A stretch of DNA of 24,000 bases, taken from Clostridium pasteurianum BC1. GTDB lineage: Bacteria > Bacillota > Clostridia > Clostridiales > Clostridiaceae. Below, piece by piece: positions 1 to 8,600 of the stretch (the stretch's first letter is position 1; every line of letters starts with the position of its first letter). Below the pieces are notes generated by a model that had not been told where the DNA came from, searched no databases, and saw nothing but the letters and a program-made list of their open reading frames with translations. The stretch spans positions 3,613,925-3,637,924 of the forward strand of contig NC_021182.1 of the NCBI RefSeq assembly GCF_000389635.1. Reading direction: 5' to 3'. Both the position numbers and the translations under genes were made by a program.

Positions 1-548
1 ATCCTATCTTCAATTCCTATATAACTGCATATGTCTTCTAATATCAATATGCTAATAATGATTATAGAAATGTCTTTTCCCATATAATTACCAAAGCCAT
101 ATCCACTTTTATATTCATCTAAAATTCTTCCATTATATTTTATATCCATATATATTTCATTTAAAACTGTATAAATTATTTTATAGGAAACAACTATAAA
201 ATCTTGCTTTATTTTATCTTTGCCATTTATTATATCCCATACTATTTTGTTAAGCTTTGCACCTTTATAGTACTGTTCCATTTGAATATTATAGTAATTT
301 CCTATGTATTTGCCTACAATTTTTGAATCAATAATTGCAACTTCACCTTTTGTATTAAACATTATAGAAAATTCCAAATCTTTTTCATCTTGCTTTTTAA
401 TATCATTTAATAGCTCTTTCATCTTATTATTAAAGTAAGTGGTATATCTTGCATCAAAAATAACATATTCTAACTCCCTGGAAGCAGCTAAAGAAATAAA
501 ATCGTAAAAATTTTTAAAAAGTTTCCCCATGTAATCTTTATTATTCAT
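1..548 (-). CDS. hypothetical protein, N-terminal 182 codons (gene runs off the window start)
   Basis: Not in the ORF track because it is edge-truncated. Manual reverse translation from ATG 548..546 (MNNKDYMGKLFKNFYDFISLAASRELEYVIFDARY...) stays open to position 1. A GAGAGGA Shine-Dalgarno-like motif lies about 12 nt upstream. No family recognised. Confidence 0.6.
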   Translation of the reverse strand, partial: MNNKDYMGKLFKNFYDFISLAASRELEYVIFDARYTTYFNNKMKELLNDIKKQDEKDLEFSIMFNTKGEVAIIDSKIVGKYIGNYYNIQMEQYYKGAKLNKIVWDIINGKDKIKQDFIVVSYKIIYTVLNEIYMDIKYNGRILDEYKSGYGFGNYMGKDISIIIISILILEDICSYIGIEDR

Positions 549-680
549 AATTATGCAGCACATCCTCTCTTAATTTCAACTACATCCACTGTTTTAAATA
601 ATATTATATACTTCCCTTTAAAAATTTTTTTACTCAAATAAATACAAGACTTCATTTAAATTTGTAATTTTTATAGGTAA

Positions 681-721
681 ATAAAAACACTATCAAATTT
701 ATATATAACAATTTGATAGTG
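681..721 (-). terminator. Rho-independent terminator after the 113-aa gene
   Basis: Perfect 12-bp stem CACTATCAAATT (688..699) / AATTTGATAGTG (710..721). On the minus strand it is followed by TTTTTATTT. Confidence 0.7.
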
Positions 722-757
722 ATGATTTTTTAATTATTAATTGTACATTTAATAATT

Positions 758-1099
758 TTAATCTTCATTTATTCTCTTTAGATTTTTCTGCTCCATTACT
801 ATAGTGTTAAATTCAATATATCCCTTCCAACGCCATCCAAGTTTAATTAATTTTTTCTCATGTCTTAGTGCTACCCTTCTCATATCTATACCTTCTTGAG
901 ATAATTTATTAAGCATTCCAAGGCACATCTGCATAGTATCAAATAATTCTTCTGCAATATATCCCTTATTCATTCCACCTTTTATTGCATTATCCAATTC
1001 TTTTTGTTCAATCTCTAACTTTTTAGATAATTCCTCTAGAGTATATTTATCATTATCCACATCTAAAGAACTATTTTTACTTAATATGGGAAATTTCAT
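758..1099 (-). CDS. hypothetical 113-aa protein, possibly a MazG-like all-alpha NTP pyrophosphohydrolase fold
   Basis: Complete ORF with AAGGGGG RBS 7 nt before the ATG and its own terminator. The segment EELFDTMQMCLGMLNKLSQEGIDM...HEKKLIKLGW resembles the EExxD...helix...GID pattern of small MazG-type proteins. This is a motif impression only. Confidence 0.6.
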   Translation of the reverse strand: MKFPILSKNSSLDVDNDKYTLEELSKKLEIEQKELDNAIKGGMNKGYIAEELFDTMQMCLGMLNKLSQEGIDMRRVALRHEKKLIKLGWRWKGYIEFNTIVMEQKNLKRINED

Positions 1100-1422
1100 T
1101 ATATAACCCCCTTATATTATTAAAGGTATAATATTCTAAATTCTGTATATTGTGTCTATTATTAAAATAACCCTTTTTTCATATTTTATACTTATTTTAT
1201 TCCACCAAATAGAAATGTTGCTAGTTATAGGAATTTTAAAATTTAAATTGTATTCTTATTTTTCTAATAATAATCTATTCTTTAGTATTCATCTATCAAA
1301 TTTTATATTAATTTTGTTAAAATATTTTTACTCACTATTGTTTAAAAAAATATATATTGTCAAGAATTATGGATGAGCTAACTTTTATCATAATATTACC
1401 ACCATAAAATCAACCTAAAATT

Positions 1423-1469
1423 TTAAAATAAAAATAGGATATCTAAATTAGGTATCCTATTTTTATTTT
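1423..1469. terminator. symmetric (bidirectional-looking) hairpin in a gene-less stretch
   Basis: ATAGGATA (1434..1441) / TATCCTAT (1453..1460), flanked by AAAATAAAA upstream and TTTTATTTT downstream. No convincing ORF ends here on either strand. Confidence 0.45.
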
Positions 1470-1577
1470 AAAAACATCATTTTACATATATTTCTTTGAA
1501 TTAAAATTTTTATTTAAAGCAAACTATAATTATTAATAATTTTTACTGATTGTAAAAAATAAAAGGAGGCTTTATCC

Positions 1578-1730
1578 ATGGTAAGGAAAGAAAAAACAGC
1601 TACTAATAATCAGTGGGCATCAATTCCTGAAGAGTCACCAGAAAAAATAAATTCTTCTCATAAACAAGAAAAAACAGCTACTGACAATCAATGGACATCA
1701 ACTATAAAAAATCATGTTAATGAAAAATAA
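1578..1730 (+). CDS. small hydrophilic 50-aa protein with an internal tandem repeat
   Basis: Not in the ORF track. ATG 1578 is preceded by AAAGGAGG with an 8-nt spacer. Translation is MVRKEKTATNNQWASIPEESPEKINSSHKQEKTATDNQWTSTIKNHVNEK, stop TAA 1728..1730. A strong terminator follows at 1801..1826. Confidence 0.65.
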   Translation: MVRKEKTATNNQWASIPEESPEKINSSHKQEKTATDNQWTSTIKNHVNEK

Positions 1731-1797
1731 TATGGTAAATTAAAACAGAGACATGTATAAAAATATCTCCCGTGAAAGCTTATAAATAAATCTGATA

Positions 1798-1830
1798 ATA
1801 AAAACACTATGAATTCATAGTGTTTTTATT
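1798..1830. terminator. bidirectional terminator
   Basis: Perfect 26-nt palindrome AAAACACTATGAA/TTCATAGTGTTTT (1801..1826) with an A-run on one side and a T-run on the other. Confidence 0.75.
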
Positions 1831-1953
1831 ATCTATACTATTTCTTCTATTTCTACGTCAATTTCTTCCTCTGATTTAGTTGATATGTCAATTATTTTGT
1901 TCTACTATTCAAGTTTGAAAATATAGACTCTTAATACTACTCCAGTTAAAATA

Positions 1954-1982
1954 TTGACATATATAATGCTAATTGATATAAT
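1954..1982 (+). promoter_or_regulatory. perfect-consensus sigma-A-type promoter (TTGACA-17-TATAAT)
   Basis: TTGACA at 1954..1959, exactly 17 nt of spacer, TATAAT at 1977..1982. The nearest downstream plus-strand start codon with an RBS is 2331, about 340 nt away. Confidence 0.6.
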
Positions 1983-2256
1983 TAAATTTAAGAAAACGTT
2001 TACTCACTAAATATAATGTCGTATGTTAAAGAAAAATTTTAATTTTACAAAAAAAATTAATTTTATTTTCTAAATAATTTTTAATTTTTCTATTACAAAA
2101 ACTACTTATACTTTTTTTATGTAAAACTAGCTATGATGGGAACTTCGCAAAACTAAAAATCAATTTATAAACAAAATATTTTCTGCCAAAAAAAAATATT
2201 TACAATGATGCTTTAATTTCATTTACATTTTTTTACATTATTTTTATACCATCTTG

Positions 2257-2265
2257 TGTTATAAT
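2257..2265 (+). promoter_or_regulatory. extended -10 element (TGtTATAAT) proximal to the 3D-domain gene
   Basis: TG 2257..2258, TATAAT 2260..2265, about 65 nt upstream of the TTG start at 2331. The -35 is poor, and TTTACA hexamers lie upstream. Confidence 0.45.
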
Positions 2266-2330
2266 ATAAAACAGTAACAATTTCTAAACACAAAAATAGG
2301 TTGATAACCAGTCTAAGGAGGAACAGGATA

Positions 2331-3389
2331 TTGAATAAAAAAGCGGTGTCTATCGTTATGATGTTAGTATTAACTATCACCATAAGCAGTAATGCATTTG
2401 CTGCACCGACCACTGATGAATCAGCTGAACTAAAACAAACTCAAGATAATAAGAAACAAATACAGGGAAAAGTTAATACTTTAAATAAACAAATCGATGA
2501 TATTATAAAAAGTGTCGATAAAAACAAAAGTGATATGAATAAAATTGATGAGAATATCAAAAGTACAGAAGCTAAATTGAAAGATCTAGAGGAGCACTCA
2601 AAAGAGCAGGATGACTTATTTAAAAAGAGGCTGAGAGCGCTATATATAAGTGGTGGCGGCAGTAACTATTTGGACGTAATTCTAGGTTCTAAAACTTTGA
2701 GTGATTTCATATCATCTGTAGATTCAATCTCTACAATAATGAAATACGATAATAATCTTGCTTCTCAGCTACAGGAACAGAAGGATACCATAACAAAGCA
2801 AAAAGATGCTTTGAATTATGAAAACAACAGATTATCAGCTTTAAAATCAAGTAATGAAGCTACTCTAGCTAATCTAAGTAATGATATAAAACAACAAAAT
2901 CAATTGCTTGCTCAAGCCACTTCAAAAGAAAATACTTTAATAGCACAACAAAAAGCAGAAGAAGCTGCTGCACAAGCCGCAGAAAAGGCAAGAGAATTAG
3001 CAGCACAGCAAGCTGCAAACGCATCTAAACAAATAGCTAGCAACAATCCTAATAGTACAAGTTCCCCTATTGCAATAAATCGTGGTGGTTCCTCTCCAAT
3101 AGGATTCTCAAAAGTACTAGATATGGAAGCTACTGCTTATTCAGATGATGGTTTTACTGCAAGTGGTTATAGAACAAGCAGAAATCCAAATGGCTACAGT
3201 ACTATAGCCGTAGATCCTAGAGTAATACCTTTAGGTTCTAAAGTATACGTAGAAGGTTATGGATATGCTATTGCCTGTGATACCGGTGGTGCTATTCAGG
3301 GAAATATAATAGACTTATTTCTACCTTCAAATGATGAGGCAAATAATTGGGGCAGAAGATCTGTAAAAGTTTATATTGTTGGAAATTAA
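2331..3389 (+). CDS. secreted coiled-coil / 3D-domain cell-wall protein (YocH/YabE/YuiC-like, MltA-type double-psi barrel)
   Basis: The ORF-track frame opens at 2301. TAAGGAGGA sits 8 nt before the in-frame TTG at 2331, giving a signal peptide (M)NKKAVSIVMMLVLTITISSNAFA|AP. The N-terminal ~200 aa are heptad-rich coiled coil followed by an Ala/Gln-rich linker. The C-terminus MEATAYSDDGFTASGYRT...IAVDPRVIPLGSKVYVEGYGYAIACDTGGAIQGNIIDLF is a typical 3D domain. Confidence 0.85.
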   Translation: MNKKAVSIVMMLVLTITISSNAFAAPTTDESAELKQTQDNKKQIQGKVNTLNKQIDDIIKSVDKNKSDMNKIDENIKSTEAKLKDLEEHSKEQDDLFKKRLRALYISGGGSNYLDVILGSKTLSDFISSVDSISTIMKYDNNLASQLQEQKDTITKQKDALNYENNRLSALKSSNEATLANLSNDIKQQNQLLAQATSKENTLIAQQKAEEAAAQAAEKARELAAQQAANASKQIASNNPNSTSSPIAINRGGSSPIGFSKVLDMEATAYSDDGFTASGYRTSRNPNGYSTIAVDPRVIPLGSKVYVEGYGYAIACDTGGAIQGNIIDLFLPSNDEANNWGRRSVKVYIVGN

Positions 3390-3417
3390 CAAAATTTCCT
3401 TACTTCTATTGAAGAAA

Positions 3418-3455
3418 AAAGCACATAGATTTCTTTTATACTATCTATGTGCTTT
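3418..3455. terminator. bidirectional terminator shared by the convergent 3D-domain and glycosyltransferase genes
   Basis: Perfect 13-bp stem AAAGCACATAGAT (3418..3430) / ATCTATGTGCTTT (3443..3455). An A-run precedes it and T-rich sequence follows. Confidence 0.8.
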
Positions 3456-3598
3456 CTTATTATGTTTTTATAGCATTATTATTCTTAGGTGTAAAAATTC
3501 TCTTATATAAAAACTTTCAGATATATGTTATATTTATATTCCTAATGTATCCACTGCCTATGCTATGACCATTATACTAATGCTTTCTTTAAAACATA

Positions 3599-4747
3599 TC
3601 AAGCACTAATAACACTATTGTTCTTTTTGCTAATTAAAACGTCATTATAATTATCCATAAGCCCATGAAAAACTTTATTCCATGATCTATTTAATCCAGT
3701 GTTCCTGCCATTTATCTTTAATGTATTCCTTAAATCTTTATTTTGAATTAATTCTGCCATAGAGTTAATTAGTTCGTTAACATTCCTTGCCTTAAACTTA
3801 AGACCATTAACTCCATGTTTAATAATCTCTTTAACTCCACCAGCATCAGCACCTATAACTGGAATACCAGAAGCCATAGCTTCAAGTACTACATTCCCAA
3901 AGGTTTCTGTAGAGGAAGGAAAAACAAAAACATCACTAGATGCATAAATTTGTGCCAATTCTTTTCCCTTCTTAAAGCCAGTAAATATGGTACCTTTAGG
4001 AAAATCATTCTTACACTTTTCTAAGTATGGACCTTCTCCAGTTATAATGAGAGCTATCTTATCTCTATATTTCTCAAAAATTTCTTTATAAGCATCAATT
4101 AAAATATCTAAATCCTTCTCAGGTGAAACTCTTCCTACATATAAAAACACTAATTTATCATTGATACCAAGCTGATTCCTTAACTCTTCACTTCTTAGCT
4201 TTGGATTGAAGCTTTTAGAATCTATACCTCTTGAAAAAATACCTGTATTTGATATTCCTTCCTTTTTAAGAGACCTTCTTATTTCCTCTGATGGACATAA
4301 AGTTAAATCATTTTGATTGTGAAACCATCTCATATAATTCCATATATAATTATTTAAAAAATCTAAATTATAATAATTTAAGTACTGTGAAAAATTGGTT
4401 GTATAATTAGAAATAGTTGGTATTCCATGTTTTTTTCCATACCTCAATCCTGCTCTCCCTATGTTAAACTCAGTCATAATTTGTATTATATCTGGTTTAA
4501 AACTAGACAATGAGGTATTTAATCTAAATGCATTTGGAAAAGCTATTCTACATTCTGGATAGAGAAAAAATTTTATGCTAAAGAATCTTTGTATATTATA
4601 ATTTTCGTTCTTCCTTATATCATTATCTGGTGCGAATATTAAATATTCAATATTATTTGCTTCATAATATTCCATAAGATTATTTAAGGTATTAGTAACT
4701 CCATTTATCTGAGGCAAAAAAGTATCTGTAAAAACAGCTATCTTCAT
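3599..4747 (-). CDS. GT4-family (GT-B) glycosyltransferase, diacylglycerol glycosyltransferase-like
   Basis: N-terminus MKIAVFTDTFLPQINGVTNTL is typical of MGS/UGDG-like GT4 enzymes. EX7E motif ETFGNVVLE is present in FPSSTETFGNVVLEAMASGIPVIG. AGGAGGG RBS. The ATG overlaps the upstream stop (ATGA). Confidence 0.85.
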   Translation of the reverse strand: MKIAVFTDTFLPQINGVTNTLNNLMEYYEANNIEYLIFAPDNDIRKNENYNIQRFFSIKFFLYPECRIAFPNAFRLNTSLSSFKPDIIQIMTEFNIGRAGLRYGKKHGIPTISNYTTNFSQYLNYYNLDFLNNYIWNYMRWFHNQNDLTLCPSEEIRRSLKKEGISNTGIFSRGIDSKSFNPKLRSEELRNQLGINDKLVFLYVGRVSPEKDLDILIDAYKEIFEKYRDKIALIITGEGPYLEKCKNDFPKGTIFTGFKKGKELAQIYASSDVFVFPSSTETFGNVVLEAMASGIPVIGADAGGVKEIIKHGVNGLKFKARNVNELINSMAELIQNKDLRNTLKINGRNTGLNRSWNKVFHGLMDNYNDVLISKKNNSVISA

Positions 4748-5340
4748 ATTATCCCTCCTATATTTTTTGATAGTTTATAGGTTTCTATATTTTCAAATTC
4801 ATTAATATTAAAATAAATTATTGATTCTGTTACCATAGTGATGGTTGATAGCGCATAAATTATATCCGTCAAAAAACACCTCTTTTTTTGAAAATACTTT
4901 TCCTGCATATTAAAAATAATTGATACTACATTTCTTTGAGGTATACTTCTGCTATCAATTATTTTTAGTTTACCTTTTATAAGAAGAATTCTTAGATTAA
5001 CATGAAGAGCTATTTCATAGACTATATGTTTAAAAATATTTTTTTTATTATATTCTTCAGTATGATATATACAAAAATAGTCTGCTGTATAATGGCATAT
5101 CATCCCTAGAATCATTGAGAACTGCTTAATATCTAATTTATTATTAGATAATTCATTAAAATATTCAGACACAATACCTATACTATCCTTTAAAGTATGG
5201 GAACTTTTAAAGGTATCAGGAGAAATGTCAGGCTTAATATTTCCATACATAAAAATATTTTTGTTTAATTTAAAATTTAGTTCTTTTAAACAATGTTTAT
5301 ATACAATTTTAGAAAATAATATATGTGTATTTATTATCAC
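4744..5340 (-). CDS. zinc-dependent phospholipase C-like protein (small cytoplasmic form)
   Basis: GTG start 5340 with AGAGGGA RBS. H83-x3-D87-x5-H93-x11-H105-x3-E109 (HYTADYFCIYH...KHIVYE) reproduces the spacing of the alpha-toxin zinc ligands H126/D130/H136/H148/E152 (numbering recalled from the literature). N-terminal H6 and a KPD motif are also present. No signal peptide. Confidence 0.7.
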   Translation of the reverse strand: MIINTHILFSKIVYKHCLKELNFKLNKNIFMYGNIKPDISPDTFKSSHTLKDSIGIVSEYFNELSNNKLDIKQFSMILGMICHYTADYFCIYHTEEYNKKNIFKHIVYEIALHVNLRILLIKGKLKIIDSRSIPQRNVVSIIFNMQEKYFQKKRCFLTDIIYALSTITMVTESIIYFNINEFENIETYKLSKNIGGII

Positions 5341-5532
5341 CTTTAATCCCTCTTTCTTTATACTCCTAATATAATAATATTTATATAGGTGCCTTTTGAC
5401 TACATATTTATGTTAAGTTTTTGATAAAAATTTAAAAAAATAGTTAACAATCAAATTAATGTGTATATTTGTATTTATTTTTACTAAATAAAAGTAATAT
5501 TTTATAAATTTATACAACGCAAATAAGGCCCT

Positions 5533-5634
5533 CTCAAAAGGAATAAATATTAAGTAAATTTGAGAATGGCTTATTTAATTATTAAAAATCATCTTCTAAT
5601 ACTTATTTTTAATATCAGAATAGTTAAAAGCTGC
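5533..5634. repeat. intergenic repeat, copy A (partner at 12933..13036)
   Basis: Hand alignment to 12933..13036 gives about 80% identity with 2 one-nt indels. Identical blocks are CTCAAAAGGAATAAATATT, TAAATTTGAGAA, TTAAAAATCA, TTATTTTTA and AATAGTTAA. It contains the hairpin CTCAAA-N20-TTTGAG. Confidence 0.75.
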
Positions 5635-5650
5635 CTTCTATGCACAGCTT
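5620..5650 (-). terminator. probable terminator of the ABC transporter operon
   Basis: Stem AAGCTG (5628..5633) / CAGCTT (5645..5650), 40 nt after the permease stop. On the minus strand it is followed by TTTTAACTATT. The stem is short, so this is moderate. Confidence 0.45.
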
Positions 5651-5690
5651 CTTATATATCTATAAATACTATTAATTGAAAAACAAAATT

Positions 5691-8600
5691 TTATTCTGCA
5701 TTTTTAAGTGACTCTATCATATCTATTCTGTCAAATCTTCTATACATCACTAAATTCACTACAAAGGAAAACAATATTGTAAGCATAGCAGAATACAAAA
5801 GGTAAATTGGATTAATTGTCTTTAAAAACATCATTACATTTGTTTCTGCAGTACTTATTATAAGCCTATTAATGAGAATTCCATATATTATTCCTACTAA
5901 ACTACCTATAATGGTTAATATTATATTTTCCCTGTATATGTAAAATGCCAATTCATTATTGTAAAATCCTAAGACCTTTATGGTAGCTAGTTCTCTTTTT
6001 CTTTCATTAATATTTATATTTGTAAGATTATATATTACCACAAAAGCTAAAATTCCTGCTGATACTATAAGCACCAATACTACTGAATTTATACTATTTA
6101 TACCTTTATTAAAATTCACTTGAAGATTATTTTTAAAGCTTACGGATCCTATGCCGTCTATATCAGTTAATATTTTTGATGTATTATTTTGTGCACTGTT
6201 TGAAGTATCCTTTAGGAGTCCATAAAAACTATTAAATTGTATATCTTCTCCAGCGATTTTTTTATAGTAATCAGAACTTATATAAATATAATGCTGAACA
6301 TACTGCTCCGTTATAGCCGATATTTTAGCATTTATCACTTTACTATTTATGGTAATTTGAAAGCTATCCCCTATTTTTTTATTTATAAGTTTAGAAAGCT
6401 TTTCAGTAATTATTACACCATTATCTTCAAGTTTTAAACTATTGTTTTTCATAGTAAGATTTATATATTTATTAAGATTACCTTTGTTTTCAGGTACTAT
6501 TATATAAACATCTTCACTACCAGATTTTTTATTTACAGAAGCATTTTTTGAATAAGTAAATAGTATAGACTTCATATTATTATCTTTAATAATCTTATTC
6601 TTTATATTATTTTTTTCTCCACTATCTATACTTTTAATAAAACTAGCCTGCATATTATATTTATATATCTCACTAAACTGCTTATTCATAGCACCTGTTA
6701 TGCCTTCTTTAAGTCCAAAACCCGTTATCATCAAGCCTGTGCAAGCAGCTATTCCTATTACTGTCATAAAAAATCTCTGTTTATATCTAAATATATTTCT
6801 TGCAGTAACTTTTCTTGTAAAACTAAGTCTTTTCCATAAAAAAGTTATTTTCTCTAATAATATAACTTTACCTGATTTTGGAGGCTTTGGTCTCATTAAT
6901 GAAGCTGGTACCTCTCTTAGTTCACTTAAGGTTGCTGCTATAGCTGCTAAGCTTGTAAATAATACAGCTATTAAGGATGACTCTACTGCAAGTTTTGTGT
7001 TAAATGGTATTAATGCATAAGGAATTGTGTAAAGAGAACTATAAGCATTCATTATAAGTGGTGGAAATAATCTGAAACCAAAGGATATTCCTATTACACT
7101 GCCTATGACACTAGCTAAAAGTGAATATATTAAATAATGGGAAACTATAGCAAGTCTAGAATATCCCAGGGCCTTAAATGTTCCAATCTCAATTCTATTT
7201 TCTTGAACCATTCTGGCCATAGTTGTAAGACTAACCAAAGCAGCTACTAAGAAAAATATTAGTGGAAATGCCTTTCCTATATTATCAATTCTATGACTAT
7301 CCTGCCTGTAATTTTCATAGCCTACATTAAGAGTCCTTCCAAGCACGTACCATTCTGGCTTTTTTATATTCTTAATTTTATCTCTATTACGCTGAAGCTG
7401 GGCTTCTCCAGAGTTAATCTGTGAATTTGTTTTTGACTCCTCACTATTTAACCTTTGAGTATTTTCATCAATAATTTTTTGCCCCTCTACAAGCTGTGCA
7501 TTTGCGTCATTGAGCTTTATAATTCCCTCTTTTTTTTCTTTATTGAGCTCTCTCTCTGAATCAGCTATCTTTTTTTTATTTTCCTCAATCTCCGCTCTTC
7601 CTGCTGCAAGCCTTGCCTCTCCATCCTGTAGCAGCTTATTCTTAGCAGTTATTTGCTTCCTACCTGAACTTATATCCAAATAGGCTTTATCAAAAGTAAT
7701 CTTTAAACTCTTTATATCAAAATATTCATTAAGCTGTTTTACGGCTCCATCATTATTTAAAGCATCATACATATTGTCAAAGTCTTTTCCCTTTATGTCT
7801 TTCTCATAAATTTCATTTAAAGAATTATATTGCGCTATATATACTGGATTAATTGGTAAAGAATCCATATACTTTTTTGCTTCTGCCACTTTTACTTCCA
7901 TTCCTTCTGATATGCTAGCAGCAGCTTGCTGTTTACCTGCATTTAACTTATTTTCAGCTTCAGTAAGCTGATTTTTGGCCTTAGCAAGTTGTAGCCTGCC
8001 ATTTTGTATATCTACTGTATTTGAATTTATCTCATTCTCTGCAGCTTCAATTTGACTTTTGCCCTGAGATATTTGTTTTTCACCATAGGATATTTTTTTA
8101 TCAAAACTAATTTGATTTTCTTGAAACTCTGATTTTCCCTGTTCTAATTTGACTTTTGCGTCATCTAGCTGTCTATGTCCCTCTGCAATTTTATCTTCTG
8201 CTTCTCGCCTTGAATTTCCTAGTTTATCTTCCGCTGCTTGTATTTTATCATTAGCGTCCCTTAAAACCTGAGCATATCTTATTTCATTCCTTTTAATCCC
8301 TATACCCTCAAGCTCTTTTTCTATTCCGGATGTTACATTTTTATATTTATCATTACTTAAAAGACTAGCTTTAGATTCCTCACTATTACATCTCACATAC
8401 ATCTCTGTATAGACATCACTTTTAAAATCCTCAGGAATTATGTATACAAACCCGTTTACATCCCCATCTCCTACAGAACTCAGCTGCCTCTGAGCAGAAA
8501 TATACAGTGGTGACTCTGCTGTACCTACAATTTGAAATTCATTATTCTTAAGCTTATCTTTTATATCACTATCATTATCAGATTGAAGTACTATTTTATC

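Noticed and set aside
1152-1376. 74-aa plus-strand ORF from the track
   Set aside because: It has a GTG start and no RBS. The sequence is low-complexity Ile/Leu/Phe/Tyr, typical of random frames in AT-rich spacers, with no terminator relationship.
1833-1901. Minus-strand 22-codon frame NKIIDISTKSEEEIDVEIEEIV* ending at the 1801..1826 terminator
   Set aside because: Two in-frame stops lie immediately upstream and there is no start codon or RBS. It may be a gene remnant, but the evidence is insufficient.
1983-2330. Possible riboswitch (e.g. c-di-AMP/ydaO type, often upstream of wall-hydrolase genes) in the long leader
   Set aside because: I could find none of the conserved GC-rich helices or ACGGGG/CCCG-type motifs. 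The region is almost pure A/T with no stable long-range pairing.
2301-2330. N-terminal extensions in the ORF track (2301 for the 3D protein, 12785 for gldA-like, 21560 for rnr)
   Set aside because: In each case a downstream in-frame start has a properly spaced Shine-Dalgarno motif, and for the 3D protein it yields a canonical signal peptide. The upstream codons overlap the RBS itself.
2219-2413. 64-aa minus-strand ORF overlapping the start of the 3D-domain gene
   Set aside because: It is antisense to a well-supported signal-peptide-coding region, has no RBS and has an AT-driven hydrophobic composition.
5546-5587. Short minus-strand reading frame conserved between the two repeat copies (…FSNL[L/M]NIYSF*)
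   Set aside because: Only copy B has an ATG (MRTFSNLMNIYSF). Copy A has a stop five codons upstream of the shared segment and no start codon. The conservation is explained by nucleotide identity.
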